Assembly (NCBI GenBank): GCA_002633005.1
Contig: NMRA01000042.1
Span: forward strand, 92,900 to 156,899
Reading direction: 5' to 3'
Length of the DNA: 64,000 nucleotides
Source: Phoronis australis
Lineage: Eukaryota > Animalia > Phoronida
Positions 59,489 through 64,000 of the stretch are shown here, piece by piece (position 1 is the first letter of the stretch; the number at the start of each line of letters is the position of its first letter). Under the pieces are notes generated by a model, which saw nothing but the letters and a program-made list of their open reading frames with translations, did not search any database and was not told the DNA's origin. A program made the position numbers and the translations under genes.

Positions 59489-61474
59489 ATATGAGCATAA
59501 AGTACGAAATAAACCAATTGCACAAAGTGTCAACACTTCGCTAAGATTTTGTTTATGGACAATGTGCGTAGAGGGTGTGTATGTGTGCAGAGGTGACGAC
59601 TTGGGAGAAATGAAGGCAGCTACTACTGCTCTTACAAGAAATGACCATATAACAAAGCTGTAGGAAAACTATAGTTTGTGCAATTTGGTGATGTCATGTG
59701 GAAATAGAAGCCTCTGCCAAAATAGTGCAATGCCTTAATTTTTCACTGATTGTGCTCTCAAGATGATGTAAAATCTTATATGTGATAGGGGAGTGTTTCA
59801 AAAGTCAGCTCCAGACCACTACTGTAGTTATTAGACAGCGAGGCCCTATTGTAGAATTATGGGGAGACAAAAGGTTTCGTGCCACAAGTGTCTCAAGTGA
59901 GTTGATCCTGGCTGCATTCCCTATTGAGGTAATGTCTTCATTAAAATGCAAAATGTGTAAGTTCAAGGATATTTAACCAATATTTCATTATTTTGTTAAA
60001 TTCAGGGGTAACAATTGTAAATATTCATAGTTCAAATTGATCTCATTTAAACCCACTCTAGACATATGCAGATGGTGTGTACACTCATCAGTGGACTACT
60101 AGTGGACTACAAGTAGTATGCAAATAAATTTTTGTTTCCCATCGTGACTCATATGATCATTTTTGTTTAAGCAGCAAAAAGGACTGTATGTTCACGTGAC
60201 TGTGGTAAAAAGAAAGTTTCTTCTTTAAGACACCTAAATAGATTGGGAGCTGAAAGCTGTTGATAGACAGGTACTATGGTGCAAAGTTTTGAGTGCCTTA
60301 TTGAAGCAGTTAGATTTACAATGTCATTATCAATGGGATGTAAAGAGTTCTAACAATGTGCAGCTGCAAGTATTTTCCATTTCCTCTCACATTTCAGTAT
60401 TGCCAAACAAGGCCACATGGGAGCGCATGGATGTACTAGACACTTGTAAAAGTTGAAAAAACTTATCATTCTAGGTAACTGCCATTTACAAGGTTTGTGT
60501 GAGAAACAAAAACAACGTACATGATGTGCAAATATTCTGTCTGTTGAATATCAACAAAATAACACTTTTTTATCAATAAAGAAATAAAACAAAGAGCCTT
60601 GTATGTACATTATATACCACATACACATAACAAATACAAAACAGATAATTTTGAAAGCAATTACAGCCTAATCATTCTCTATCAGAAACATCTAGCAAGC
60701 ACCATTAGTTCATGTTTCCAAAAATGATCTCGTTATCTGTGAATCAGAACGTACAACAAGTTTTTCACCATTTACAACACCAGTTTAAATGTACTTCAAA
60801 CACTAAATACTCATGATCGGCAGTACTGTTTTAAACACTGAAAGTAAAAAGGGAACTAATGTTTCAAACAAAGTACAAAGCACAAGTGAGCATCTTGTAA
60901 ACAGTTGCATTTTGGTCAGAAACCAAAGAAGCCAATACTGGACAACAATCGTTACTAAACGCGCCTAATTCTAACTTGACATGATTCGCTGGACAACTGA
61001 GAACTGTTGCAGGAGTCTATTCAAAGATGGAGAACTACTTCCTGCTGATGATTGAGTGACTAACCGTCCCATTTTGTGCAGGTCTACAGTGTAAAACAAC
61101 CCAAATATACATAATGGTGTGTTCGAGAAATCAACAAACCGACATTGCATGCAGTACACAGCAAAGTAATTGGACAAAATGAGTCAGATTTCCCTGTCAC
61201 GACAGGTGAGTTTAGTCATCGCAGTATCTGTCTATCATGACAGTAAAGGAAATTTCACATTGAAACTATTCTGGTGATAGGATATTCAAAATCATGACTT
61301 CTTATGACTCATTCTTGATGTAAGGAGACCCAACTAATAAGATGAAGGAAGGGTATTTTGTCCGATTACTTCAGGCGTGTAAATACATGTGCAAAGAACC
61401 TCTACCGATAAAAAACATAATAAAACGTTTTACATAAAACAGACCACCTGAAGACCTGTGTTGGGACATTGCAC

Positions 61475-63046
61475 CTATGTTTCCGAAGATTCCCTATCAC
61501 TATTACCAGTCTTCACCAAAGAGTATATTGTGCTGATGTGTTTGACTGTCATGTCAACTGTATTGGACTTCTCAGACTGACTTCTTCTTGAAGTACCTTC
61601 AACCTTTGTCTTTGGTTGTCTGCTACCATCTTTACCATTGTCTTTATGAATTGACTCTTTGCTTGAACTTGGCTTTTCAACAGAATCATCAGATACTGTT
61701 ATGGTTTGTTGGGCAGATTTAGGTTTGTTATCCTCATCACCATCTTCATCATCATCATCTTTGTCTTTATTTGGTTTTGTGCTTTCCTCCTCACTTGAAG
61801 AGGTTGACGGCTGATTTTCATCAGAGTCCAATTTCTGTTTTTTTGTTGGAACTTCATCTGCATCATCTGAAATCAGTAACAACACAAACAATTTAAATGG
61901 TGATAGCATATTGATGAGCTGATAGAATTGAATTAGATGGTGATGGCATAACAATGAGATATTACCTATCATGAAGAGGGAAGCCCAATATGCAAATTAC
62001 ATTACATTATACACTTGGGATGCGTCTACTTGATCGCACCTTGTGCTCTCAACTATTTCTGTAATTTACCAGACTTTTCTGGCACAAACATCACAAAACT
62101 ACCATCAAAAATGATTGTCATAATAATTTTAAAGGGATTCACTTTCAACCAATCTTTTCAAAAAGAAACACATGCTATGCATCTAAAACTTAAAGCCCAT
62201 ATGCTGATTTTTATGCCCTAAAAGTAGAATACTGGTAAATCTGTAAGAGTTGGAAGCCCTGACAGACGTATATGCCAAAGATTTGGGGGATTTCATGTAC
62301 AGTACTGCCATCATTTTTCAAATGTATTGCGGGATGGTTGTTAGCTCCTAATCATCCCGTGACATCACATAAGTTGTGGACGTGTAATCTGACTGCAGTT
62401 TTGTTGTGAGAAGTAACTTCAGTGTGACTGGTCCACCTCAAGAATCTTTCATGCAAAAGATTTGCTAGTCTTCATATGAAGCATTTTGAGGCTGGCATTC
62501 GATGGTTGCTTTGCCGTACTCCCACCACAAAGCATGTTACAGTAGACCCGTACTTTCAATTTTGGTCGTCTCAAGGGACAAGTATTGCTTTCCTTCACAT
62601 TATTTACACAACACCCAGTTCTCTGTGATGTCACTAAATGTTTACAAGCTGACAACTGTCCCATAATTCATTGACAGCATCAGTGTAGATGAAATCCAGC
62701 AAATAAAAACACCATCCATTACAAACTAAAGCATGTCTGTCATATAGTATGTATCTCCACCTTTGTAGATTCCTCACCTTTGACCCCCCAAAGACAAAAC
62801 CAGTTTGAGCAGGTGAGCTCATGCTGTAGTAATCAATAGTCGCCTTGATAACGACATTACTTAATATTCACCTGAAGTGTCTTCACAACATTCCTCCTTA
62901 GCCCTTTGCTCCTCTTCCAATCTTGCCGCTCGTTGCTTCTGATAGTCATGGCAGACGTCCAGAATAAACTGCAAATTCTCGTGAAGAAGACCAGAAATGT
63001 CACGTGGAGGACGGACAGAGAAAATGATCATCATGGCTCGCAGATC
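61475..63046 (-). CDS. USP34: Ubiquitin carboxyl-terminal hydrolase 34, last two coding exons (gene continues beyond the window)
   Basis: Exons 63046-62872 (DLRAMMIIFSVRPPRDISGLLHENLQFILDVCHDYQKQRAARLEEEQRAKEE...) and 61866-61475 (DADEVPTKKQKLDSDE...NTVDMTVKHISTIYSLVKTG...TAG). Resembles the remembered USP34 C-terminus (DLRAL.LLLSVH.P...PIKRRRVSSDEE...DILDTLCRTIESTIHVV). Confidence 0.75.
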
Positions 63047-63223
63047 CTGGATAAAGAAAATGAGATGAAACGATGTATCTCAAAATGATACCTTTACAAA
63101 TGAAATCAAAGCCATTTATTCCTTAATTGACAGCAGATGCTACCACCTAGAGGTAATAGTGGACTAAACATTCATCAGCTCCTAAACATATCACTTCCTC
63201 CACTAATATGCACATGAATGGAG

Positions 63224-63586
63224 CTTTTAAGTCTTCACACACTGAACTATGCATGTTGTCATTCTTTTAAGTCTTCACACACTGAACTATGCATATTGTC
63301 ATTCTTTTAAGTCTTCATACACTGAGCTATGCATGTTGTCATTCTTTTAAGTCTTCATATACTGAGCTATGCATGTTGTCATTCTTTTAAGTCTTCATAC
63401 ACTGAGCTATGCATGTTGTCATTCTTTTAAGTCTGCATACACTGAACTATGCATGTTGTCATTCTTTTAAGTCTTCATACACTGAGCTATGCATGTTGTC
63501 ATTCTTTTAAGTCTTCATACACTGAGCTATGCATGTTGTCATTCTTTTACGTCTTCATATACTGAGCTATGTATGTTGTCATTCTT
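63224..63586. repeat. 40-bp minisatellite, 9 copies, in a USP34 intron
   Basis: Unit cttttaagtcttcatacactgagctatgcatgttgtcatt; exact 40-nt period. Confidence 0.95.
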
Positions 63587-64000
63587 ACTAAAAGTCAAAC
63601 TTAGATAGTGAACTTTGTGTGAGAGACTGATTCACGACTTGTCTTTGATTTAAGTCTCTGATTATTAGCACGGCGCCAAAAGCATTAATAATTTTTCTGT
63701 GATGTGTATGTGGCTTTCAGTGTTAATGTGTATGTATGTAAATATGTTGTCGAAACTGTCGCCTAACTCACAGCTCATATGTTGACATAAGTAAGCAACC
63801 TCCATGTACTGTTGACAGATAAGTTAAAGAGAATTATGCGATGACAACGTTTTACACAAATACTGATAAAAAGTATCACAAGACAGAGTCATTGCTTAAA
63901 ACAAAACAATAAAAAATATATTTTTAAAAAGCTTGTTGTATCAGCTACATCCCTGACTATGCACTGCTGGACTCACAGCTCACTGCTGGACTCACAGCTC

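Overview
AT-rich, intron-containing animal genomic DNA, probably from a marine invertebrate; the species cannot be determined from sequence alone. Three host genes can be reconstructed by splice-phase logic. (1) A minus-strand gene (~36147->8832) encodes a type I membrane protein: putative signal peptide, DSL domain, 33 EGF repeats (32 in one 3.65-kb exon), an SEA/ferredoxin-like juxtamembrane module, one TM helix and a ~26-aa tail, i.e. an atypical, very long Delta/Serrate-like protein. (2) A complete 10-exon WDR74/NSA1 gene lies on the plus strand (43309-59488). (3) The last two exons of USP34 lie on the minus strand (63046->61475), convergent with WDR74. Introns and intergenic DNA hold many non-autonomous transposons (Kolobok-, Harbinger-, Tc1-, piggyBac- and Academ-like MITEs), a solo LTR, an RT-deleted RNase H-bearing LINE, a hairpin-ended Crypton-like element, minisatellites and many TACATGTA motifs. 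A 1.3-kb duplicate flanked by single-N joins probably represents two haplotypes and exposes two transposon-footprint polymorphisms. All family assignments come from motif recognition, not database searches.
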